From IMG/VR virus record IMGVR_UViG_3300048547_000618: DNA of 64,000 bases. One strand, given 5' to 3'. The notes under the pieces are model-generated. The model saw only the letters and a list, made by a program, of their open reading frames with translations, made no database searches and had not been told where the DNA came from. Shown here piece after piece: positions 10,374-20,000 of this stretch (the stretch's first letter is position 1; each line of letters opens with the position of its first letter). This stretch comes from an uncultured virus (IMG/VR IMGVR_UViG_3300048547_000618). Its lineage: Duplodnaviria; Heunggongvirae; Uroviricota; Caudoviricetes. Made by a program: the position numbers and the translations under genes.

Positions 10374-12666
10374 CTTTGGCAAGCTGCCCAAAGGTTTGGA
10401 ATTTTGTAGAACTTACAGAAGCAGGTGTTGCTTGAATTAGCAAGACAGGCCCTGAAATTGATACATCATATGTTGCTAATTCTGCGTTTGTATAAACAAC
10501 ACCGTATTCCGTTGCGATTGCAGTTGAACCGTCGTGTGTAACTAGAAGTTTAGTCACGTGACGATTACTTCCACTTGACGCAGTAATTGTAATCTCTGCT
10601 CCACCGTAGGATGCGTATGGGAATGCATATACTGTTGCCTGTGTTGTTGCCGTAGTCGTAACAGATGCGTCAATATGTGTAGAGTTTGTTTGATTGATAT
10701 TTGCGTTAACGGTCAACGCTCCAGACATTGTGTCGCCTGTTACATTAACGTATCTTGCGTCTGCAGTTGCAGTATCTAAATATTGCCTAATACCTTTTAC
10801 AACTGATAAGACATGGCCGTGGTCATCAAAATTTATTGCATCAATAAATTCAGGATTTAAACCTGTATTTGCAAACGCGAGGTTTGCCTGTGATGAAGTA
10901 TCTCCATGATTAATAGTTATATTTGCGCCGAGCGTCCCTCCGCCAGTTAATGCTGTGCCTGCGGTGATTGCGATAGTCTTATCAGCTTTAAGTACTAAAA
11001 ATCCATCTGTTTCTGTTTCAGTATAATAACGGCCATCAAGATCTACTGATGAAACTGTCTGTACGTGCCCATAAGTATCAAAACTTATATCTTGTAATAC
11101 ATTACCTGCTGAATTATCAACATCAGAAACACTTGACGTATCAGCGTGTGATATTGAAAAGTTTTCAGTGTTTGATGTATTAACATTAAACGATGCAACG
11201 CCGATTAAGCCATTATTTGCCGTGATAGTAACATCACCAGCGCCAACTAATGATTGCGCGTTATTAGCCGCTGCATCTAGAATTTCAGCTGCTGAATATC
11301 CATCAACTGTATCTGCGTCAAGGCCGGATCCATCTCCGTCAACAGTTATCAGCGCTGCAAGAATTTCTGCGGCGGTTTGATCTGCGGTTGCCTCATCTTC
11401 AATTAGGTCAAGTTTAGCGCCATCAACCGAAAGGTCTCTTCCATCAACAGTTCCGTTTCCAACCATTGTGATTTCGTCAAATGTATCAATAGTCGTAAAG
11501 TATGTTGATCCGTCACCGGTTTCAATAACTAAAGTGCTGTTTGCGGATACCCAAGATACATCATCAACACCCGCAACAGCCGTATTAGACATAGAGGTGA
11601 TGCGCCCATCAAGGCCAACAGTAACAACTGGTATTTGTGAAGATGATCCATACGAGCCTGCAGTGACCCCTGAGTTAGCTATATCTGCGGCTATTGAAAG
11701 ATTGCCGTCGGTTGCGGTGGCGGTTCCTGTAACATCACCTGTAAGCGTAACTTCAGTTTCAGTTGCAATATGAAATACTGAACCGTCGCCAGTTTCTAAT
11801 GTAATTGTGTTATTAGCTGCAGCATAAGTAAAACTATCAACGCCAGCAACTGGAGTTGTTGTTGCGTTTGTGATACGACCATCTGCCGCAACCGTGACAA
11901 CTGGAATGGCGGTTGCAGAGCCATATGTATTTGCGGTTACACCTGATGCCGCAATATCAGTTACAACAGAAATAGTTCCTGTGTTTGAAGTTGTTGTACC
12001 AGTAACATCACCAGTAAGGGTAACTGTTAAATCAGATTTAACTACGCCATCAACTGTAATGTCTCCTGCGAAAAATCCGTTGTTTGCACTAATATCACCA
12101 GCGACGTCTAACGCATCAAAGCCAAGTGTATCAATGTTAATTGAGTTGGCGGTAAGATCTTCAACAACTAAATCTTTAAATTGATTTAAGAATAAGTTAT
12201 ATACAGTACCGTCACCAGTTGTAAGAGCCAATTGGTTATTTGCCGCATCATATGTAAAATCATCAACACCGGCAACGGCGGTCGTATTAGCTGTTGTGAT
12301 TCTTCCATCAGCATCAATTGTAAGAACTGGAATTTCTGTTGAAGAACCATACGTATTTGCGACTACACCTGTGGCCGTGTTCGTAAAGTTTGCCCAATCT
12401 AAATAATAGGATCCTTCCTCACCATCAAGGAGGTCAGCATCAAGGTTTGAACCTGCGCCGTCAACTCCAGTTAAAAGTGAAAGGATTGCTGCTGCATCTA
12501 AATCTGCAGATACGTCAATGATTGATTCCGTATTAGCAACAGCGTCGTATTTCTTAAAATATAATTTACCATCAGCAGTGTTGATAGCAATTTCACCGAG
12601 CTCTAACTGAGCGGTGGTCGGAATTCGGCCAGCAACCGAACTACGGCGTAATTTAATTGTTGACAT
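10369..12666 (-). CDS. Tail fibre connector protein (765 aa)
   Basis: N-terminus IKLRRSSVAGRIP...LELGEIAINTADGKLY resembles the T4 gp37 N-terminal domain. Has three YGSxxxIPVxTxxxDGRIT repeats, LDADLLDG/LDADTVDG motifs and a C-terminal ...HDGSTAIATEYG domain. Confidence 0.75.
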   Translation of the reverse strand: MSTIKLRRSSVAGRIPTTAQLELGEIAINTADGKLYFKKYDAVANTESIIDVSADLDAAAILSLLTGVDGAGSNLDADLLDGEEGSYYLDWANFTNTATGVVANTYGSSTEIPVLTIDADGRITTANTTAVAGVDDFTYDAANNQLALTTGDGTVYNLFLNQFKDLVVEDLTANSINIDTLGFDALDVAGDISANNGFFAGDITVDGVVKSDLTVTLTGDVTGTTTSNTGTISVVTDIAASGVTANTYGSATAIPVVTVAADGRITNATTTPVAGVDSFTYAAANNTITLETGDGSVFHIATETEVTLTGDVTGTATATDGNLSIAADIANSGVTAGSYGSSSQIPVVTVGLDGRITSMSNTAVAGVDDVSWVSANSTLVIETGDGSTYFTTIDTFDEITMVGNGTVDGRDLSVDGAKLDLIEDEATADQTAAEILAALITVDGDGSGLDADTVDGYSAAEILDAAANNAQSLVGAGDVTITANNGLIGVASFNVNTSNTENFSISHADTSSVSDVDNSAGNVLQDISFDTYGHVQTVSSVDLDGRYYTETETDGFLVLKADKTIAITAGTALTGGGTLGANITINHGDTSSQANLAFANTGLNPEFIDAINFDDHGHVLSVVKGIRQYLDTATADARYVNVTGDTMSGALTVNANINQTNSTHIDASVTTTATTQATVYAFPYASYGGAEITITASSGSNRHVTKLLVTHDGSTAIATEYGVVYTNAELATYDVSISGPVLLIQATPASVSSTKFQTFGQLAKV

Positions 12667-12736
12667 ATCTATGTCCCTTTGTTATAATAGGTATATACCT
12701 TAATAATAATACTCTATGGTTTGTTAAAACAATTAG

Positions 12737-15700
12737 TTAAAACGTACCACCATCAATCTCATCAACAGCGATGGAAACTTTACCGGCAGAGATAGTCGTA
12801 TTTACTCCATCTGTACCTTCAAACTCTAAAGTTCCACCTAATGATATATCTTGGTTTGCCCCACTTTCACCAGAAATAGTAATTTGTGGATTAGTTATTG
12901 AAAACTCGGTTCCTGTTAATGTTAGACCAACGCCAGCAGTAAATGTACCAGATCCTGAGAACTGAGTCCAAACAATATCACCAACTCCGATTACAAAAGA
13001 CTCAGCATCTACAACCGTTGCCACCCAACCTGTATTACGATATGTATCGCCGTCGGTTACAAAGTGGAAACTTCCAGGTATTTCTGCTGAGTCATTTGAA
13101 TAAACAGTTCTAGTGAATACCCAATCAGTACTAGCATCACCTACGGTTGTTACTTCGTATGCACCATTTTGTAGAGCATTAGTTTGATCTTTAACAAGTA
13201 ATGTTTCGCCGAGTACCCAATCCACAACGCCATCAATATCAAGAGTTGTGTTAGCTGATAAGGTAATTGTTCCATCGTTACTATTATAAGTACCACTTAA
13301 ATCGGCAACTGTTGCGGCAAGAACCGAAGGCCTTACAACAACACCTTGGACAACGCTATCAACATATGATTTATTTGTAGCATCATTTGCATCTGTAGGA
13401 GTACCTAAATTTGCAATTTTATTTGTGGCGAGACTAACTATACCTGTATTTGATGTAAGCTGATTTCCAGTAAGAGTTAAATTGCCTACGGTAGCAGTTT
13501 CGGTTATTTCTATAGATTTAATTTTAGAGCCAGAACCGCCTGGATGGATCATATATGTTTGGTCGTCAGTATCAATAAATCTTTCAGCTAATACATCACC
13601 GCCTGGAATATCAACATTTCCAGTAGATCTGTCATATTCAAACCCTGTACCAAATCCTGAGTTAAGAAAGCGTATTTTCTTACCGTCTGAGTTTAAGTAT
13701 GCAGTACCTTCACTGCCTCTAAATTTGATTTGAGTACTGTTTTGACCTTCACCGAGTTTCAGTGTATTGAAACTACTTTCAGATGCAGGATCCGCAAAGA
13801 ATGAATTATCATCGGCATCTATAAACTGTGTTGCGGTAATTGTGTCTGTAAATACAGCATTAGCACCGCCATCCAATTTTGGATATCTTGCGTCAGTTTC
13901 CACTGTATTAATTGAAACATTGGCAACAGAACCAGTTTCAACAGTGTGGTCAATTGTAATACCAAATCCTGCGTTAAAACTTTCGACAAAGTCTGCAGTA
14001 ATGACAACATCAATTTTGTCGTTAGCATCGTCATGAGTAATTCTAATGCCTTCTTCAATATTGTTTCTAAACATTTCGCCGACAAGGTCATGCACGGTTT
14101 CAGTAAAGTCAGGAATAGCATTAGCTTGAAGTTCAACTGGGATGTCAGTAGCAAATGTAATTCGTCCAGTATCGTCAATCGCAATTCTTGGAGAAAATCC
14201 ATCTTGGCCATAAAGGCCTGCGGTTACACCTGATTGCTCGACGCCAATTGTGATAGCATTGTTAGAAGCTTGTTCTTCTTCAACCGCCATACCTCTACCG
14301 AGTGTAAGGGTAGGTGATTGGATAAGGTCAATATTATTAAAAGTATTTGCACCGTCAGTAACTGTAAGTACTGACTCAAAAGTATCAACGTAACTTTTTG
14401 TTGCAGCATCATTAGCGTTAACTGGAGTTCCTACATTAATAATTCTGTTATTACTTACACTGATATGACTGTTGGCCGGTGCATCAAGCACCAAATCACC
14501 AGTTGATGTAATTGTAGAATTAGCAACAATTTGAGTACCAATTTTTAATTGACTTGTACCGCCTGCGATAAATTCTAATTCATCGTTATCGGCTCCTGCA
14601 GACGACTCAGCTTTAATAAGAGTATCTTGGTCGCCGTCAATAATACCACCTAAACCTGCCCACGCATTTCCGTCGTAACCTTCAAACTGAGAAGTAGAAG
14701 TGTTATAACGAATCATACCTGTGGCTGCAGTTGGACGGTCTCCTGTTGCGCCTACTGGTAATATCAAAGATCCTGTGGAAGCAATCTTAATTATATTATC
14801 TTTATTTTTGATTTCATCAATCCACAATTTATACCAATTGTTAACTGATGAACCTAAATTATATGTTGAGTCTTCGTTTGGTACAAGATTACTTGTAAAG
14901 TCTGCAATAACTTCAATAGAGTCGGTTTGTTGGTCACCGATTGTAATATTTCCACCAAGTGTAAGATTACCTGTAATATCAACATCACCATAAAAGAATG
15001 CGTTATTTGCGTTGTCAATTTTAGCAGCTAAAGTTCCGTTTGTAAAAAATTGTAATTGATCTTCATCAACACCAGGAGCGCTTTCCGCCGTGATTTTTGT
15101 ATCTTGGTCGCCATCAACCACACCACCTAAACCAGCCCAAGCTGTTCCATCATAACCTTCAAAGATTAAATCTTCTGTGTTAAATCTAATTGAACCTTGT
15201 GCAGATGGCGAAAATCTTACTGCGGTATTTCCTGTTGGTAAAACAAATCTATCATAAACTTTAAATGTGCCATCGTTATCAATCTGAGCTGATAGGTTTC
15301 CAGCTGTATAGAATTGAAGTTGGTCATTATCTGTACCAGCCGCGCTTTCGGCAATGATTTTAGTATCTTGGTCAACGTCAATAACTGAACCAGCAAGACC
15401 TGCCCATTGCGATCCATCATATGCTTCAAATCTACCATCTGTTGTATTAAAGCGAAGCATACCTGACGCTGGAGTAGGACGATCTACTGTTTCACCGGCT
15501 GGGATTTTTATAGCGCCGGTACCGTTTATTAAAAACGATTGATTTGGCGTATTGATAGTTTCAATGATTTGTGATTCGTTAACTACAAACTCAGTACCGT
15601 TTAAAGTTAATCCCGTACCAGCTGTAAATGTTCCTACACCTGAAAACTGAGTCCATGTAATATCGTCAATATTAACTGCAAAGCTTTCTGCATCCGCAAC

Positions 15701-16633
15701 GGTAATAACCCAACTTGTTTGTCCGTTTACAGTACCATCTGTAACAAATTCAAAAGATCCTGGTAAATCATCAGATGAATATTGCCATTTAGCTCTTCTT
15801 AAAATCCAAGATGTCGTTGCATCACCGACTTGAAGAATATCATAGCTACCATTTTGTTTTGCATCTGTTTGATCTTTAACAACAATGTTATCGCCAACTT
15901 CCCAAGTGGTAACTCCATCAATATTAAGAGTTGCAACTGGTGCTAAGGTAATTGTATCACCTACTGAAGTATTACCTGTTGCATAAGTTCCACTAAGTGT
16001 TGCAGTTGTAGCTGCGATTGCCGAAGGTCTTACAACAATACCTTGTGCAATACCATCAACGTATCTTTTGTTCGCTGCATCAGTTGGAAGTATAGGATCG
16101 TCAAATACTTTAATTGTTGTTTCAAGAGAGTCAAGTTCTTGAAGTAAGAATGCTTTGTTTACAACGTCGTTATTTGCGACTGGGTTTTCAACACCGCTAA
16201 GTATTTGTCCTGGGAAGTTTACAGTATTGCTTGTGCCGACAATTGAGTCAACATCTATATTTAAATTGTCAGCTAATGATAGTTCATTGTTGGCTGCTGA
16301 AAAATCTGCAGAATTAAATGTTGTACTAGTTAATCCAATAACATGGCCGAACTGATCTATTTCAGTCGTTCTTATAAATCCCAACTCAGGATTAACTATA
16401 CTCGTAGCGCCGTTTGCAGTATCACCATGAGTGATAGTAACATTTGCAGTTTCTATGTTGTTGTTTGAAACAATTATTCCATCGCCTGCATATATTTGAG
16501 CAATGTAATTTCCAACAGTGTCAACACCCAAGGTAACTGAGTCCGGTACAATAACCGGTTTCTTTTCGCCCCTAGCAATAATTTTTAAGTTTTGTCTTAC
16601 GGATGGCTGTCCGACTTTAACTTTAATGGTCAT
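12737..16633 (-). CDS. Tail fibre / virion structural protein (1298 aa)
   Basis: Three PxGxTxxRP..GxxRxNT...FExYDG..W-DxDQDT repeats, a duplicated KxYVD...KDQT...QNGxY...WTQFSG module, and a C-terminal IDGGTF. Confidence 0.75.
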   Translation of the reverse strand: MTIKVKVGQPSVRQNLKIIARGEKKPVIVPDSVTLGVDTVGNYIAQIYAGDGIIVSNNNIETANVTITHGDTANGATSIVNPELGFIRTTEIDQFGHVIGLTSTTFNSADFSAANNELSLADNLNIDVDSIVGTSNTVNFPGQILSGVENPVANNDVVNKAFLLQELDSLETTIKVFDDPILPTDAANKRYVDGIAQGIVVRPSAIAATTATLSGTYATGNTSVGDTITLAPVATLNIDGVTTWEVGDNIVVKDQTDAKQNGSYDILQVGDATTSWILRRAKWQYSSDDLPGSFEFVTDGTVNGQTSWVITVADAESFAVNIDDITWTQFSGVGTFTAGTGLTLNGTEFVVNESQIIETINTPNQSFLINGTGAIKIPAGETVDRPTPASGMLRFNTTDGRFEAYDGSQWAGLAGSVIDVDQDTKIIAESAAGTDNDQLQFYTAGNLSAQIDNDGTFKVYDRFVLPTGNTAVRFSPSAQGSIRFNTEDLIFEGYDGTAWAGLGGVVDGDQDTKITAESAPGVDEDQLQFFTNGTLAAKIDNANNAFFYGDVDITGNLTLGGNITIGDQQTDSIEVIADFTSNLVPNEDSTYNLGSSVNNWYKLWIDEIKNKDNIIKIASTGSLILPVGATGDRPTAATGMIRYNTSTSQFEGYDGNAWAGLGGIIDGDQDTLIKAESSAGADNDELEFIAGGTSQLKIGTQIVANSTITSTGDLVLDAPANSHISVSNNRIINVGTPVNANDAATKSYVDTFESVLTVTDGANTFNNIDLIQSPTLTLGRGMAVEEEQASNNAITIGVEQSGVTAGLYGQDGFSPRIAIDDTGRITFATDIPVELQANAIPDFTETVHDLVGEMFRNNIEEGIRITHDDANDKIDVVITADFVESFNAGFGITIDHTVETGSVANVSINTVETDARYPKLDGGANAVFTDTITATQFIDADDNSFFADPASESSFNTLKLGEGQNSTQIKFRGSEGTAYLNSDGKKIRFLNSGFGTGFEYDRSTGNVDIPGGDVLAERFIDTDDQTYMIHPGGSGSKIKSIEITETATVGNLTLTGNQLTSNTGIVSLATNKIANLGTPTDANDATNKSYVDSVVQGVVVRPSVLAATVADLSGTYNSNDGTITLSANTTLDIDGVVDWVLGETLLVKDQTNALQNGAYEVTTVGDASTDWVFTRTVYSNDSAEIPGSFHFVTDGDTYRNTGWVATVVDAESFVIGVGDIVWTQFSGSGTFTAGVGLTLTGTEFSITNPQITISGESGANQDISLGGTLEFEGTDGVNTTISAGKVSIAVDEIDGGTF

Positions 16634-16959
16634 GATACCTCCGTCATAGTTGGAAGAATAAAGATTGTTCCATCAACTATTTTAGATAGCTCCCCAGATT
16701 GTTTTCGCATTAACACATCATATTGGTACTTACCCGGAGTAAGGTTTGAAGTGGTATTTGCAGATAATACCAGTGTAACGTCATTATTTGCAGTTTCTAT
16801 ATCAAAGGACGCTTTTTTTGTTTCGGAATAAACTTTTCTTATATCTGAAAAGAATGTATATGTACTTATACCCAATTCATCGTTATCACCATCAAATAAT
16901 TCGATAGTGGTACGAAAGTCCGTTCCTTGATCTGCATATAAATTAACTTTTGTGGACAT
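16630..16959 (-). CDS. Small fibre anchor/adaptor-like structural protein (109 aa)
   Basis: NLxxDQGTDF...LSAxxTxxL..G.Y.YDV pattern, common in marine T4-like structural modules. First gene after a late promoter; 4 nt overlap with the next gene. Confidence 0.65.
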   Translation of the reverse strand: MSTKVNLYADQGTDFRTTIELFDGDNDELGISTYTFFSDIRKVYSETKKASFDIETANNDVTLVLSANTTSNLTPGKYQYDVLMRKQSGELSKIVDGTIFILPTMTEVS

Positions 16960-16979
16960 GTTTCATTCTCTTTTTTCTT

Positions 16980-16987
16980 TATTTATA
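16980..16987 (-). promoter_or_regulatory. T4-type late promoter TATAAATA
   Basis: Exact consensus 20 nt upstream of the ATG at 16959. Confidence 0.8.
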
Positions 16988-17009
16988 AAACTAAGATGGG
17001 GAAATAGAT

Positions 17010-17030
17010 AAGGGGACATAAAGCCCCCTC
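17010..17030 (-). terminator. Putative intrinsic terminator after the collagen gene
   Basis: Minus-strand hairpin GAGGGGGC-TTTAT-GTCCCCTT followed by a weak U-tract (ATCTATTT). Confidence 0.45.
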
Positions 17031-17057
17031 ATTTATTTTCGCAGAGATCATTCAAGA

Positions 17058-20000
17058 TTAAAGTCCTTTGATTTCGTCGACTTCTTTCTTCAACTCTTTT
17101 AACGCTTCAATAAAGAGTCCTGCCAAGTTTCCGTATGAAACACTTAACATAGTATCTGGGCCATTGTCTAAAACAACCTCAGGAACGACTTCTTGTATTT
17201 CTTGTGCAATGACACCTAAGTATCTTGTTCCTGGGTTATCTATTTTATCAAAATAGACACCTCTTAGCTTTGTTACTTTATCAAGAGCATTATCAACAGT
17301 TACAACATTTTCCTTAGTTCTTGCGTCAGATGTTGAATTTACGTTTCCTCTAACAGTTAAGTTACCGCTTGAGTTTGTTAATTCAAAGTTAGTTGTTATA
17401 GTTCCGGCGTTATCTTCTGTTATTATTAAACTAGTAACACTTGACTTTTGCTCGATGTGCATTTTACCATCAGCCGATTTATAATAAACTTTAGAAGTAT
17501 TTACCGGGCCAAAGACAGCAGCAACGTTGCTACTAAACGTTAGGTCTCCAGTGGTTTTTGTATCAGCAACATCAGCTTGTAAGAAATCGCCTGATCCGCC
17601 ATTCAATGTACCTGTTAGCTGAATGTTTCCTTCAACCTGCATGTTTTCAACGTACAGTTTATCTTCGGAACTAATGTAATAGAAGTTTGATTCACTACCT
17701 GGGTTGATACCGGCTGTTGTGTATGGTGGTTCTGCTCCACCTCCACCTTCTACCATTGCAGGGAACAAGGCCGCGTTTTGCAAAGATACATCGGCTGTGT
17801 GAACATTATTTGTAATAATTTCTGAAGCTTCAGCTGTACCCTGTAAACCTTGAACACCTTGTGGGCCTTCGTTACCTAGAATACCTTGGATACCTTGCGA
17901 ACCTTGAACCCCTGCATTACCAGTTCCAGTAACACCTTGAACACCTTGAGGACCAAAGTCGCCTTGAATACCTTGGACACCTTGAACACCGTCAGCACCA
18001 GTACCGTTTGCGCCAGTGAAACCTTGAACACCTTGGTCACCTTGAATACCTTGAGGACCGGCTCCACCTACAAGACCTGAAAAACCTTGGAGTCCCTGTG
18101 GTCCTTGGGAACCTTGTATACCTTGCGGACCTACGTTACCAGTACCGTCAGTACCTTGGATACCTTGCCCACCAGTGAAACCTTGTGTACCTTGTGGACC
18201 TTCATTTCCGAGATCACCATCTATTCCTTGCGGTCCTTGGATACCGTCGTTACCTTGGATGCCAGATGATCCTGATCCAGTAAAACCTTGGTTACCTTGA
18301 ACACCTTGTATTGCGTCTCCGCTTTCACCTTGGATACCTTGAACGCCTTGAATACCTACGCCTTGGAAACCTTGGACACCTTGCCCACCAGTGAAACCTT
18401 GTGCGCCAGTTCCGCCTTCTTCTGCTGCAATACCTTGTGATCCAGTAAAACCTTGGATACCTTGTATACCTTGTGAACCAAATCCTAATGCGCCTTGTAT
18501 ACCTTGTACACCCTGCGGTCCTTCTCCTTGCAGACCTTGAACACCTTGGTTACCTTGAACACCGACTCCGCCAAACCCATCGCTACCGCTAATACCTTGA
18601 ACACCATCTGCGCCTTGTAAGCCGTCGTTACCGTCATTACCTTGAATACCCTGGACACCTTGGAGACCAGCCTCGCCATCGTCACCGTCAGTACCGCTAA
18701 AGCCTTGGATACCCTGGACACCTTGTGTACCTTGTGTACCTGTAAACCCAAACCCATCGTTACCGTCATTACCTTGAATACCCTGGATACCTTGGAAACC
18801 AAAACCAGTTATCCCTTGAGCGCCTGTTGTACCTTGCGAGCCACCTGTACCGTCATTACCTTGAATACCCTGGACACCTTGTGCGCCATCAGTACCAGCA
18901 TCACCTGTTCTTGAAAATGTTATTTTGACTGGTTCCGCGGCATTCCATGCTGTTTGTGAAGCAACTGAGAATGTAACATCAATTTGAAAATATCCGCTTG
19001 CTTCTGTTATTTCAGTGATTTCAAATGCAGCATAGTCTGATGTCGTGAACGCGTCAATAATTCTAACAAATCCTTTAACCGCAGATGTTGGTTCATCCAT
19101 AGATCTAAAGAAAGCTTGTATATCAACAAAGTTTATATCACGGTCATCAATGTACATAGCCGTTGCGAGCGCCAAATTACTATTGTTAAATTTAACTTTA
19201 CCAAATCCTGTAAAGTCCGTTGCAGTATTATCAGTGTCAAACTCATAAGAGAATGTCATACCGCCAAATTCACCGGCAGGTCCGAAGTCACCTTGAATAC
19301 CTTGAACACCTTGGAGCCCAGTATCACCAGTGAAACCTTGAGCACCTTGTAGGATTTCGCCTTGAATACCTTGAACACCTTGGAATGCCTGAGGACCTTG
19401 AACGCCTTGAGCACCAACTTCACTAAATGTCCACAGCGTAGCATCTCCGTCAGAATATACCATTCCGTTGTGAGTAACATATTCAACTGATAACGTAAAC
19501 CAGCCTGTGTTGTCTGTAATATCTTTAACTTTATAAAGCAAAAATTGTTCAGTATTTGCAGGATCTACAATTCTTAAAATTGATTTATAAGGTCCTGTGA
19601 CTGCGTCAAAACTATTATAAAGAGTTGATAAGTCAACTGGACCAGGACCTGCTTCAGCATCAACAAAGATTTCAGTTACACTTGCATATGTGTTATTATT
19701 TAATCTGAATATTTGCGAACCAGGATCAGTGGCAACATTTGAAGTTGTGTTATAATTATAAGTAAATGTAATTCCGCCAGAAACACCGGTGTAACCTTGA
19801 ACGCCTTGAACACCTTGCACGCCTTGGGTACCCTGAACACCTTGTACTCCCTGTACTCCTTGCACACCCTGTAGACCTTGAACACCTTGCGCGCCTTGAA
19901 TACCGGTGTCCCCAGTGAAACCTTGGATACCTTGAGGACCAAAGTTACCTTGGATCCCAGTATTACCTTGGATACCAGTAAAGCCTTGAGGTCCGAAGTC

